Positions 8,501-17,827 are shown, counted from the stretch's first letter. The stretch: DNA of 36,699 nt from Bacteroidota bacterium (GCA_018828505.1 JAHJVF010000320.1:1-36699); one strand, 5' to 3'. Notes: a model not told the origin generated them from the sequence alone. Numbers and translations: made by a program.

Positions 8501-11215
8501 CTAAAATGAGAATCCAAAACCTACACGTATTTCTCTTGGGGCAGAGTACATACCAGGGTTGTTTACATATTCATCAATTGTATTAATTCCGATTAGCTCC
8601 CCAGCGTATTTTATATTCAAATCAGTCGACGCACGACCAGTACTTGCATAAATGCCGTACTCATTTTTTATATCTAACAAGTTATAAATCAGTAAAAATG
8701 TATTTAGCTTTAGTCCAAAAACATCGAAACCTTTTTCAGCTCGGAGGTCTAAATTATACGTCCAAGGTTTTAATCCCCCATTTTCGAATCGAACACCTTG
8801 AGAAATTCTAATATCTTCGGTATATGGCCAACCGGAACCATACTGAAACACAAAACCTAAATTCCAATCACCAGGATCCCCCACGGTTACTGAAAGATTT
8901 AGAGTATGTCTTTGATCCCAATCGAGCGGAACAACTTTTTTTGTTTCCTCAATCGGAGGACTGGTTTGGTTATTATTGTAAACGGAATAAGGATCAGAAG
9001 CATTTCCCTCAGCGATCTGAAAAGTGTAATCGACTTTGAAACCAAAATAATCAGCAAATCTTTTATCAAGGGTTACTATCAACCCCCTAACATTTGCATA
9101 ATCTCTGTTAATAAAACGCGCATATTTAAATCCCTCGTAAGTATTAACTATTTCCATACCCAGCCAATTTCGAATGTCTCGATAGTACAATGAAGTATTT
9201 AACACAAAATTTGGAAATAAAACTTGTTGCAATCCGATTTCATACATAATTGTTTTCTCTACATTTAAATCTGGATTACCCATAATCGACGAAAGTGAAA
9301 TACCAGGAATGACAATAAAATCAGGATTCTGATAAAGATTTTCAAAATTGGGAATTTTGAAGAAATGACCGTAGGAAAATCTGAGTATTCCCTGATCAGT
9401 AATTGGGAAGGATGCGCCAAGCCGAGGGCTGATCTGGAATTTAGATTTTGCATTAACGAATTCATTATATCCGTGAAAATTTGGATTCTTTGTCGGATTC
9501 TGTTTATCTAAGGGCAATTTTGCATCCGGATTAAAATAGTCGAATCGTATTCCAGCGTTAATGATCATTATATCATATTCCATCTTATCTTGTATATAAG
9601 CAGAGATTTCATAAGGTTTTCGTGTATATAATTGATTTGATCCACGTTCTGAATAGACTCCTTCATTTGGATAAGCAGGTGTGAAAATTTTATTTCCGGC
9701 AGAATCTGTTTGATCTTCAGTGAGATTAATTAACTCTTTCCAATGATTAAAAATTTCGTGCAACCTGCTTTCGATACCAACTGATATCTTATGCTCTTTT
9801 GATATTTGAGATGATAAAGCCCATTGACCAATAAGAGTATTTGTATATCGTTTGTATCTGCCCCCTTGGTTTCCACCTGACCTAAAAGTATAATTTGAAA
9901 TTGCAATACCCTGTCTAGGATCAACATATCTTGAATCGAGTGTATCTTCATATAAATATCCTTTATAATCATGCCTATTATATGAAAGCTTGAACGTTTG
10001 AAAAGTTTCTTGAGAAGGATAATGAGCAAATTGCAAACTGTGAATCCAATTGGTTCTGAAATGATTCATAATTCCATCAGGCGTCCAAGAAAAATAATGA
10101 TCGTAATACTTGTTAAAATTGTCGTCCCAAATTAATCCGTAGCTTACATTAAATTTTGAACTAGAATAACTCAGTTTTCCATTTAATGAATATTTTCTAT
10201 CCGGATTCATTCGAACGAAAGCACCATCACCAGTATTCTGTGGGATCCAAATGGATTTATTTAGGGGATTAGGAAACAAAGGGACGTCGTCCCAAACATT
10301 ATAAACTCTTCTCCCGAATAAGTAACCATTATTATCATAGTAGCGACCAGTTAAGAAAAACGTTAAATTATTAACAATCTTTGTTGGTCCGCTAAAAGTA
10401 AATTGAAGGTTCCTTGTTGGGATTCGTTCGATTCGATCTAAATTTCTAAAAATACCAGTATGACTTGTGACATAATTCCCGACATAGGCATTAACCGAAG
10501 CTTCGTATTTATTTGATCCGCTTTGTGTAACAATATTAACAACTCCGGATAGAGCTTGACCGTATTCAGCGTTAAATGTTCCGCTAATTACTTCCATCTG
10601 TCGGATTGAAGTATTTTCGATTTCAACTCCGAAGCCGCCGCTAAATGCATCAGTTACGGATACACCATCTATTAAATAAGCGACATCGTTCGAACGACCG
10701 CCTCTAAAATGACCTCCGATAACTCCAGCTTGCAGATTAACAATTTGATTGATGTCTTCAACAGGCATCATTTTAATCTCAGAAGATGTTACAGTCGCAG
10801 AAGTTGAAGTTAGATCTCTTTGCACTAAAGGTCTATCAGCAGTAACAATAACGTCCTGACCAAGTTGAATAACAGTCGATTTTAATTTTACGTTAAGTTT
10901 AGTGGTCAAGTCAATTTTTATTAAAACTTTTTCATAAGTTATTTTTTGATAACCTACAGCACTAACGATTACGCGGTACTCACCCGGTGGAATATTATTG
11001 ATATAATAGTAACCGTTAAAATCAGTTGCAGCACCAAAGAATGTTCCTTCAATGATAACATTTGCCCCGATTAAAGCTTCACCCGATTCATATTCGTGTA
11101 CGTAACCGGATAACTTTCCAGTTGTACCTGAGAACCCAACATTTACGAATAAAGCCAAGAGCATCATAAATGAAGAAAATATTTTAAATGAAATTATTTT
11201 TTCAATATCACGCAT
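8501..11215 (-). CDS. TonB-dependent outer-membrane receptor with N-terminal CarboxypepD_reg domain (SusC-like architecture)
   Basis: The CarboxypepD_reg block reads GKLSGYV..GANVII..TDFNGYYYINNIPPGEYRVIVSAVGY. The plug reads DVIVTADRP...SEIKMMPVEDINQIVNLQAGV...RGGRSNDVAYLIDGV. A long barrel ends in the OMP-type terminus RVGFGFSF. The track start (GTG 11293) lies inside the upstream terminator hairpin. I use ATG 11215 (MRDIEKIISFKIFSSFMMLLALFVNVGFS). Confidence 0.88.
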   Translation of the reverse strand: MRDIEKIISFKIFSSFMMLLALFVNVGFSGTTGKLSGYVHEYESGEALIGANVIIEGTFFGAATDFNGYYYINNIPPGEYRVIVSAVGYQKITYEKVLIKIDLTTKLNVKLKSTVIQLGQDVIVTADRPLVQRDLTSTSATVTSSEIKMMPVEDINQIVNLQAGVIGGHFRGGRSNDVAYLIDGVSVTDAFSGGFGVEIENTSIRQMEVISGTFNAEYGQALSGVVNIVTQSGSNKYEASVNAYVGNYVTSHTGIFRNLDRIERIPTRNLQFTFSGPTKIVNNLTFFLTGRYYDNNGYLFGRRVYNVWDDVPLFPNPLNKSIWIPQNTGDGAFVRMNPDRKYSLNGKLSYSSSKFNVSYGLIWDDNFNKYYDHYFSWTPDGIMNHFRTNWIHSLQFAHYPSQETFQTFKLSYNRHDYKGYLYEDTLDSRYVDPRQGIAISNYTFRSGGNQGGRYKRYTNTLIGQWALSSQISKEHKISVGIESRLHEIFNHWKELINLTEDQTDSAGNKIFTPAYPNEGVYSERGSNQLYTRKPYEISAYIQDKMEYDIMIINAGIRFDYFNPDAKLPLDKQNPTKNPNFHGYNEFVNAKSKFQISPRLGASFPITDQGILRFSYGHFFKIPNFENLYQNPDFIVIPGISLSSIMGNPDLNVEKTIMYEIGLQQVLFPNFVLNTSLYYRDIRNWLGMEIVNTYEGFKYARFINRDYANVRGLIVTLDKRFADYFGFKVDYTFQIAEGNASDPYSVYNNNQTSPPIEETKKVVPLDWDQRHTLNLSVTVGDPGDWNLGFVFQYGSGWPYTEDIRISQGVRFENGGLKPWTYNLDLRAEKGFDVFGLKLNTFLLIYNLLDIKNEYGIYASTGRASTDLNIKYAGELIGINTIDEYVNNPGMYSAPREIRVGFGFSF

Positions 11216-11268
11216 GACCACTACCCATGAATTTTTCTTTATGAATAATACAAATGATTCTAAGAAAT

Positions 11269-11303
11269 AAAAGGCACAGCGAAATTGTAACACTGTGCCT
11301 TTT
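11269..11303 (-). terminator. Intrinsic-terminator-like hairpin between the 874-aa gene and the TBDR gene
   Basis: The minus-strand RNA reads AAAAGGCACAG-UGUUACAAUUUCG-CUGUGCCUUUU followed by AUUUCUU. The GC-rich core is 7 bp, or 11 bp with the A/U extension. It starts 5 nt after the TAA stop at 11309-11311. Confidence 0.55.
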
Positions 11304-11308
11304 GAATA

Positions 11309-13933
11309 TTATTTCAAGAACATCATCTTCTTTATACTTCTGAAAGAACCGGAATCAATACTGTAGAAATAAATCCCGCTTGATAATTTTGAAGCGTCAA
11401 AATTAACTGAATATTTTCCAGGATTTTGATACTCGTTGACAAGTTCCGAAACTTGCCTACCCAAGATGTCAAATACTTTAATGGAAACATTTCCAGGTTT
11501 TTCAATCGAATAGGCAATAGTAGTTTTGGGATTAAATGGATTCGGATAATTCTGAGATAAATTATATGTATATACATTAGTAATGTCGTCTTCAACACCA
11601 ACAGGATCCCATAAATTACCGATCCAAGTGTATAGCCATCTCGATACATCGTTCCAGGATTGATCTTCATTGTAAGGTGAATATGTCATGATTCCTTCTC
11701 TTGAACCTGTAGCGTCGGCGTCATTGATTGAAAAATCGAGTGGTAATCTCATACCTTCAAGCGGGCTGAAAAGATTATCGCCGCCTCTTTGGGCAAGTGA
11801 AGAGAATGGGATCTTTGCTTCGACTACATAACCCGTTGGGAATTTTTCTCCCCAGAAATAATTTGTTCCAGGGACTAAAAGACTGTCCCCTCCGGTTAAT
11901 CCGTCTATCATTGCTCTATCTTTAGCGAATCTTATATGATAATCCGGTTGAGCCCCGCGTTTATATGAGGTGTGCGGTTTTCCATGCCAATTGTAAAGAC
12001 CAATGAATATATCCGGCGCATCATTTAAATAAGAAGATAGACTTGGATTAAAACTAACTATATCATCTTCGACATCAAATGCGATGTACATGTTACTATT
12101 ATCCATAGCAACATAGGCTTTAACAGCTAAATCTGCATCCCCGCTTATTTTAGTATTTGTTACTACATAAGCATTGCCCTCAGAAAGGTACATTCTTATT
12201 GGTTGGACTCCTGACCACTCGGAAAGATCTCCGTCAGCCTTAAAATTCGTAGGAGGAGTTAGCGAAATTGTTCGCACACCTTTTGCTGTATTTGTTATGG
12301 GTGATGTTAGAATTGTTGGTAGAGAAACATTCCCTGCTTTATCGGTACATGTTATTGCATAATAATATCTAACCGATTGATTGGTATTTGGTGCCCTCAG
12401 TAAATGTTCAAAAATCTGAACTCCTTCAGTAACCCTTAATTTTACAACTTCGGCCCAATTCAAATCTGTAATTGGATTTTTACTGTAATAAATATCATAT
12501 CTCTCACCCGATTCACCAGGGACATCAATCCAGGTTATTAAATTTGTAAATGTTCCGGATACAACTTGAAATCCAGTAACCTTATCTGGTGGAGTATTGT
12601 CAGTTTCTCTTATTCCGGTTGGAATTAAAAGATCGAATAGTACAGTACCCTTTGAGGTTATACCTTGGGGTCCATTTGGATTACCCGAGAACTCAAATTT
12701 AAATCCGGTAATTTTATTCAGATCAAGCAATCCATTTCCTGTATAAGTTTCCCAGCCTGGGATGATAAATCCATCAGTAGGTAACGTCCATGGATCTCCA
12801 CCCATTTTGCTTACAAGAGGGATTTTTATCATTTGCCAGTCTGATGTAGTGTCAACATTTATATTTACTTGATGGTACCATTGTTCATTAGCACCCTCGC
12901 TGGCATCGAATAACATACAACGAAGAGTTACTCTTCCTGCAACCGATGCCGCTGTTTGAACCTTTAATGCCACAAGCAGATGGGTCCTAGCAGTTAAATC
13001 GGGTAAAAAAGTTCCTGCAGAAAGATTACGGGTGAAATTAACATAGCCGCCCCAGCTTTGAGACATATGGACCTGCCAATCAACCTTTAATGATGAGTAT
13101 CCTTCAAATGGGCTCACAGTGACATCTGTGAAGTTAAGATACCCTTGGTTACCAGGGTCCCATCCCATTAAATCTTTAACAAAAAAGTTGTTTACTGCCG
13201 TACTGTCGAAAGTGGTAAGTGGAGCATAACGGAATCCGATCAGTTCCAATTTATCCCATAAAACAACTCCCGATGCTGTACCCTGACTTGGAATGCCGGG
13301 TGTTGTCCATTCAATACTATAACCGACAATTTTATCGAGATCGAGTTCTCCATTGTTCATTTGACCACTCCAGCCCGGTAAAGAAAATCCTTCGTCGTTT
13401 GGTCCACCACCAGCACCTCTATCGACTAAAGGAATTAACAGTTCATTCCAACCTGGTGCAGCATCGTAAATTCCGGCTTTCTCGAAATACCAGTCTTCGT
13501 GATCGTCTTGATTTGCCCAATAATTTGAAGTACCACCTGCTTCATGCAATTTAAAGCGCATGTTCACTAATCCCGGTTTTGAAGAGGGTGTTTGAGTATA
13601 GTACCTTATTCTCAAATGGGTACCAGAAGAAAAATCCATATATGTTGCATCTTGAGTAGGAGTTAAGTGCATCATCTGGATAAACCCACCCCATGATTCA
13701 GTACTATGTACCGTCCATACACATTTCAATGCTGCATTACCATGAAACGGTGCTGGATTTGAAGTGTTATCTGTTAAAATAACTCCTCCTGTTCCGGTTC
13801 CTAATCCCGGATTAATTGGAGGGTGTAAAAAGAAAGAATCTCTGGCAACTGTTTCAAACCCATTTATTATCCACTGGGCATTGAGGAACGTTGCCGAAAA
13901 GAATAGTAGAATTAAGACAAAAAATTTTCTCAT
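11309..13933 (-). CDS. Non-catalytic surface glycan-binding-type protein: two tandem beta-sandwich modules, Fn3, CBM9-like domain, T9SS CTD
   Basis: 874-aa ORF with ATG at 13933, AAGGAGA upstream and signal peptide MRKFFVLILLFFSATFLNAQ. There is an internal duplication (aa ~21-233 vs ~241-440): ALKCVWTVHSTESWGGF / SLKVDWQVHMSQSWGGY and GFSLPGWSGQMNNGELDLDKIVGYSIEW / GFIIPGWETYTGNGLLDLNKITGFKFEF. The CBM9-like block reads DGDLSEW...DLAVKAYVAMDNSNMYIAFDVEDD...GYVVEAKIPF. The tail reads LSQNYPNPFNPKTTI...GIYFYSI. I recognised no glycosidase catalytic motif. Confidence 0.8.
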   Translation of the reverse strand: MRKFFVLILLFFSATFLNAQWIINGFETVARDSFFLHPPINPGLGTGTGGVILTDNTSNPAPFHGNAALKCVWTVHSTESWGGFIQMMHLTPTQDATYMDFSSGTHLRIRYYTQTPSSKPGLVNMRFKLHEAGGTSNYWANQDDHEDWYFEKAGIYDAAPGWNELLIPLVDRGAGGGPNDEGFSLPGWSGQMNNGELDLDKIVGYSIEWTTPGIPSQGTASGVVLWDKLELIGFRYAPLTTFDSTAVNNFFVKDLMGWDPGNQGYLNFTDVTVSPFEGYSSLKVDWQVHMSQSWGGYVNFTRNLSAGTFLPDLTARTHLLVALKVQTAASVAGRVTLRCMLFDASEGANEQWYHQVNINVDTTSDWQMIKIPLVSKMGGDPWTLPTDGFIIPGWETYTGNGLLDLNKITGFKFEFSGNPNGPQGITSKGTVLFDLLIPTGIRETDNTPPDKVTGFQVVSGTFTNLITWIDVPGESGERYDIYYSKNPITDLNWAEVVKLRVTEGVQIFEHLLRAPNTNQSVRYYYAITCTDKAGNVSLPTILTSPITNTAKGVRTISLTPPTNFKADGDLSEWSGVQPIRMYLSEGNAYVVTNTKISGDADLAVKAYVAMDNSNMYIAFDVEDDIVSFNPSLSSYLNDAPDIFIGLYNWHGKPHTSYKRGAQPDYHIRFAKDRAMIDGLTGGDSLLVPGTNYFWGEKFPTGYVVEAKIPFSSLAQRGGDNLFSPLEGMRLPLDFSINDADATGSREGIMTYSPYNEDQSWNDVSRWLYTWIGNLWDPVGVEDDITNVYTYNLSQNYPNPFNPKTTIAYSIEKPGNVSIKVFDILGRQVSELVNEYQNPGKYSVNFDASKLSSGIYFYSIDSGSFRSIKKMMFLK

Positions 13934-14009
13934 AAAAAATTTCTCCTTTTTGTTTTGTTTATGGATTTTTGATTTATTATCAATCTGTTATTTTTCATTA
14001 CCATAAGAT

Positions 14010-15641
14010 TTATCCTAATAGTCCCCAAATACTGATTATTATAAATATTAAGAGTGCAGAGAAAGTTAAATTCAATTTAATATTAGCAGCACCATCCATA
14101 CTAAATGATCTACTGACAATTATTTGCTTAAAATTTTCAATCAAAGTATAAGTAGTTTTCGATTTTCTTGTTTCTGAGGCAGATTGAGTCAAATAACTGA
14201 TCGTAAAAATTAAAACCGTTGATACCACAAATAAGAGAATTGCAAAATGCAGATAATTAATCTTCACAAAAGTTAGGAAAATTGGATTCTCAACATTAGC
14301 CGAATCAACAAACATTTCAATAAATAATTTTGATAATCCAAGCAACTCACCAATTACCAAAGTCCAAACTGCCCCTTTCGCATTAACTTTTTTACTTAAT
14401 AACCCAAACAAAAATACTGCGGTAATTGGAGGGCTCAAATATGCTTGTAAACTTTGCAGATAAACATAAACCTGATTTGCGATTACTTTAACTAACGGCA
14501 CACAAAAAATAGCAATCACAACTGTAGCTGTTGTTGCTAACCTGCCAACCAGAACTAATTTTCTTTCAGAAGAGTCAGGATTCTTCAATTTGTAAAAATC
14601 ATTGGTAAATAAACTGGCTGTACTATTAAATACACTTGCAAGTGAGGACATGATAGCTCCTAACAAGCCAGCAACAACAACACCTTTTAATCCCATTGGC
14701 AAAATATTGCTAGCCAGAAGAGTAGGGTATGCTTCATCTCCCTTTACCTCCGGGAAAATCGCAACTGCAATCAAACCCGGCAAAACGAGAATAAAGATAG
14801 GAGTGATCTTTAAAGTTGCCGCTAAGATTGAGCCTCTACAAGCATCATTAACACTACGAGCACTCAATATACGTTGAACAATAAATTGATCTGTGCACCA
14901 ATACCAATAAGCTAAAATAGGAGCGCCGAAAATAATCCCTGTCCATGGAAAATCCGGATCGTTAATAGGTTTAAACATCTGGAAAAAATGTTCAGGTAAT
15001 TTTGCCGTAAGACCGCTGAATCCACCAACATGATTTAATCCAAAAACCGTTAAAATCAAAGCACCAAGTATGATTAAAATTCCCTGAATCACATGTGTCC
15101 TGATTACAGCCGAACCGCCGCCGATAACCGTATAAATACCTGTGATCAAAATGATGATGATTGCCGAAGTATAAATATTTAAACCAAAGATTTTCTGAAA
15201 TAATAAACCTCCCGCAAAAAGTGTTACTGTTATTTTAGTAAAAATATAAATAATGACAGAAGTGACTGTAAAAATTTTTCGGCTTTTCTGATCATATCTT
15301 TTACCAAGGAATTCCGGCATGGTAATTACACCTGATTTGATATAAATTGGAGCTAAAAACCACCCAAGGAAAATGAGGATAAAAATAGCCATTAATTCAA
15401 AATGAGCAACCGCCAATCCCCTTGATGCACCAGAACCCGCCAAACCAATAAAATGTTCACTTGAAATATTTGTTGCAAAAAGTGACAAACCGATTGCGAT
15501 CCAACCTACATTTCTCCCAGCTAAAAAATAATCTGATGTTGTCCTATCTTTTTTCCCAGAAGAATATAATCCTACACTAAGAATTAGAACTAAATATAAA
15601 AATAGAATTATACTGTCAATTAATTGAAAACTAATACTCAC
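14010..15641 (-). CDS. Sodium:solute symporter (SSS/SGLT family) sugar transporter
   Basis: 543-aa polytopic membrane ORF. SSS blocks include DYFLAGRNVGWIAIGLSLFATNISSEHFIGLAG and YWYWCTDQFIVQRILSARS. It is a paralog of 22566..24158. The start is GTG at 15641 and aligns with the paralog's N-terminus. Confidence 0.9.
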   Translation of the reverse strand: MSISFQLIDSIILFLYLVLILSVGLYSSGKKDRTTSDYFLAGRNVGWIAIGLSLFATNISSEHFIGLAGSGASRGLAVAHFELMAIFILIFLGWFLAPIYIKSGVITMPEFLGKRYDQKSRKIFTVTSVIIYIFTKITVTLFAGGLLFQKIFGLNIYTSAIIIILITGIYTVIGGGSAVIRTHVIQGILIILGALILTVFGLNHVGGFSGLTAKLPEHFFQMFKPINDPDFPWTGIIFGAPILAYWYWCTDQFIVQRILSARSVNDACRGSILAATLKITPIFILVLPGLIAVAIFPEVKGDEAYPTLLASNILPMGLKGVVVAGLLGAIMSSLASVFNSTASLFTNDFYKLKNPDSSERKLVLVGRLATTATVVIAIFCVPLVKVIANQVYVYLQSLQAYLSPPITAVFLFGLLSKKVNAKGAVWTLVIGELLGLSKLFIEMFVDSANVENPIFLTFVKINYLHFAILLFVVSTVLIFTISYLTQSASETRKSKTTYTLIENFKQIIVSRSFSMDGAANIKLNLTFSALLIFIIISIWGLLG

Positions 15642-15669
15642 CAGTGTATCTGTCTTTATTTATATTAAA

Positions 15670-15684
15670 GCACAAATAATGCCA
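15670..15684 (-). promoter_or_regulatory. Candidate sigma54 (-24/-12) promoter upstream of the SSS symporter
   Basis: The minus strand reads TGGCAT-TATTT-GTGC against the consensus TGGCAC-N5-TTGC. GG and GC are both present at the canonical spacing. It lies 29 nt upstream of the GTG start and about 2.3 kb downstream of the sigma54-activator gene. Confidence 0.5.
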
Positions 15685-15801
15685 GGAATGACTGTAAAGA
15701 ATAGATTTTTTTGAGTTGATTTTATTGAAATTTTACATCAAACAGATATTCAATTATTATCTTAATAAAAACCGATTATTAAATTGATAATGATGGTCAG
15801 G

Positions 15802-17799
15802 TTATTTCAAAACGATCATCTTCCTCATATCTCGAAATGATCCAGCTTTTAATTCGTAGAAATAAACGCCGCTCGCTAATTCGGAATTCGGAATGCGGAA
15901 TGCGGAGTTATGAATTCCAGCTTCTTTAACTTCATCAACAAGTGTTGTCACTTCTCTACCTAAAATATCATAAACTTTCAGTGTTACATGACTTTGGATT
16001 GGTAACTGCCAACTGATAACGGTTGTAGGATTGAATGGATTAGGATAATTTTGATAAAGCTTATTTGGGAAGAATGTATCTTCCTCACCTGAAACACCCA
16101 CAGTTTTAGTAACAAACTCAAAGTAATTGATATTGAATCCCCCGAAAAAAAACACTAATTGCAGTTTATGTTCGCCTTGAGGCAAATAAACATTTTCTAT
16201 AAAAATATCATGCCAATTTTGCCAACCGCCAGTTGAAGGAATATCTATAACAGGTGTAATATTGATTGAATTTAATCTAAAGAGAACTTTACCACCACTT
16301 TGATTTGCTGCCGCTCTTAAAACAATATCGTAAGTGCCAGAGTGATTAACAGTTACTGTATAGTTCAACCATTCGCCACTTTCAATCCAACCAACATTAT
16401 AACCATTGCTTATACCATCGCTGCATTTTTCAATATCAACTCCATCGTTCCGATATGACCATCCGCTGTTCCAGGTAGAATTACTTCCGCCAGTATTCTG
16501 ATATGTATTATCTTTATAAGCATAGTTAATCTTTCCCAAATCATAATCGGTTGCGAATATTAATCCGGGAATATTATGTTTCATCCAAATTTTGGTTTGG
16601 TCGGTATATGGCTGACGCATCAGTGCATCGATAACGTCAGATTGAATTATACAATTATTTATTGCTAATTTTTTTGCCTGATTTACCAAAGCATTGGTTG
16701 CATAAGCCGCAGTTGGTTTTGGACCTTGTCCATTCCAATAATTTAGCAATACTTGGTATTCGGGGGTTTTCACTGCGGAAAGTGGTCCCGAAATGGATTC
16801 AATTTTCTTGTGAGGCCACCATGCCCATCCTATTTTGTTACTATTCATTAATTGAATGCATTCTGTAAACCACACATTTGAATTCTCCCCGGATTCGCCC
16901 AACCAAAGGGGTACATTCGTTGTCTCCCGCAAATTGAGCAAATACTGAATCGCCCCAGTAGTATTTGAATTCCAATATTTGTGAAAGCTATAAACCAGCT
17001 TACTATCCCATGGAGGTGTAAGTCCGCTGAAATCTGTTGCAAACCAATTTCCCTCAATAAAGATTATATGATTTGTATCGACTGATCTTATTGCATTTGT
17101 AATTTGAATATACAAGTTCCTTAATGGAACGTTGTTCGGACCCAGATCCCATTTAGGTTCATTCAACAAATCGTATCCAGCGATCCATGTTTTATTGGAA
17201 TATCGTTCCGCAATTTTTTTCCAAATGTTGACAGTCCTTTGTTGATTTGCCACACTCTCCCACAAAGATGGATACAACGGATTATAATCACTGATTGGTT
17301 CATCGCTTTGCCCACCGGGTGCGGCATGCATATCCAATATGAGATAAAGTTGATTACTTCCGCACCAACTTAAAACTGAATCGATTATACCAAAACCATA
17401 ATCGGAATAAACATCTGGAGAATCCGGATGCGTTAATATCGCATAATGAAATGGGAGTCTAATAGAATTAAATCCCCATTCAGCGATTTTATCGATATCC
17501 CCTTTTGTTACATAGTTTTTATAATATTCGGTATAAAATAGTTTGCTATTTTCAACTCCGATTAATGATTCAATTTTGTTTCTAATTTCAGTTTGGGAAT
17601 TTGCAAATCCCGACATTTGCAACATATAACCCTCATGCAGTAACCAACCTCCCAGTCCGATTCCTTTAAGAAGTATCTCCTCCCCGGAAGATTTTACAAT
17701 TTTTTTTCCATCGATTCTTAAATAACCTTGAGAATAACTATTATAGTTACAGATGAATAATTGAATAAGAATTAAGGTAAATAAGATAACTTTTTTCAT
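15802..17799 (-). CDS. GH5 beta-glucanase with CBM6 and T9SS C-terminal domain
   Basis: GH5 motifs are GIGLGGWLLHEGYM, FNSIRLPFHY, LILDMHAAPGGQ, YDLLNEP (acid/base), FHKYW and LWLGESGEN (nucleophile). The CBM6 block reads GWIESGEWLNYTVTVNHSGTYDIVLRAA...TGGWQNW...FNINYFEF. The tail reads YQNYPNPFNPTTVI...GVYFYEL. The track start TTG 17832 lies inside the -12 element of the promoter, so I use ATG 17799 (MKKVILFTLILIQLFICNYNSYSQ). Confidence 0.88.
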   Translation of the reverse strand: MKKVILFTLILIQLFICNYNSYSQGYLRIDGKKIVKSSGEEILLKGIGLGGWLLHEGYMLQMSGFANSQTEIRNKIESLIGVENSKLFYTEYYKNYVTKGDIDKIAEWGFNSIRLPFHYAILTHPDSPDVYSDYGFGIIDSVLSWCGSNQLYLILDMHAAPGGQSDEPISDYNPLYPSLWESVANQQRTVNIWKKIAERYSNKTWIAGYDLLNEPKWDLGPNNVPLRNLYIQITNAIRSVDTNHIIFIEGNWFATDFSGLTPPWDSKLVYSFHKYWNSNTTGAIQYLLNLRETTNVPLWLGESGENSNVWFTECIQLMNSNKIGWAWWPHKKIESISGPLSAVKTPEYQVLLNYWNGQGPKPTAAYATNALVNQAKKLAINNCIIQSDVIDALMRQPYTDQTKIWMKHNIPGLIFATDYDLGKINYAYKDNTYQNTGGSNSTWNSGWSYRNDGVDIEKCSDGISNGYNVGWIESGEWLNYTVTVNHSGTYDIVLRAAANQSGGKVLFRLNSINITPVIDIPSTGGWQNWHDIFIENVYLPQGEHKLQLVFFFGGFNINYFEFVTKTVGVSGEEDTFFPNKLYQNYPNPFNPTTVISWQLPIQSHVTLKVYDILGREVTTLVDEVKEAGIHNSAFRIPNSELASGVYFYELKAGSFRDMRKMIVLK

Positions 17800-17827
17800 A
17801 AAAGCGTTTGTAAATTTTACAATCTTC

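Noticed and set aside
11216-11293. N-terminal extensions offered by the ORF track: GTG 11293 for the TBDR, GTG 8501 for the giant protein, TTG 17832 for GH5-CBM6, TTG 31285 for the 996-aa ORF and GTG 24202 for GH3
   Set aside because: Each has an in-frame ATG shortly downstream that starts a clean signal peptide. The extensions run into a terminator stem (11293), a -12 promoter box (17832) or the preceding stop codon (8501).
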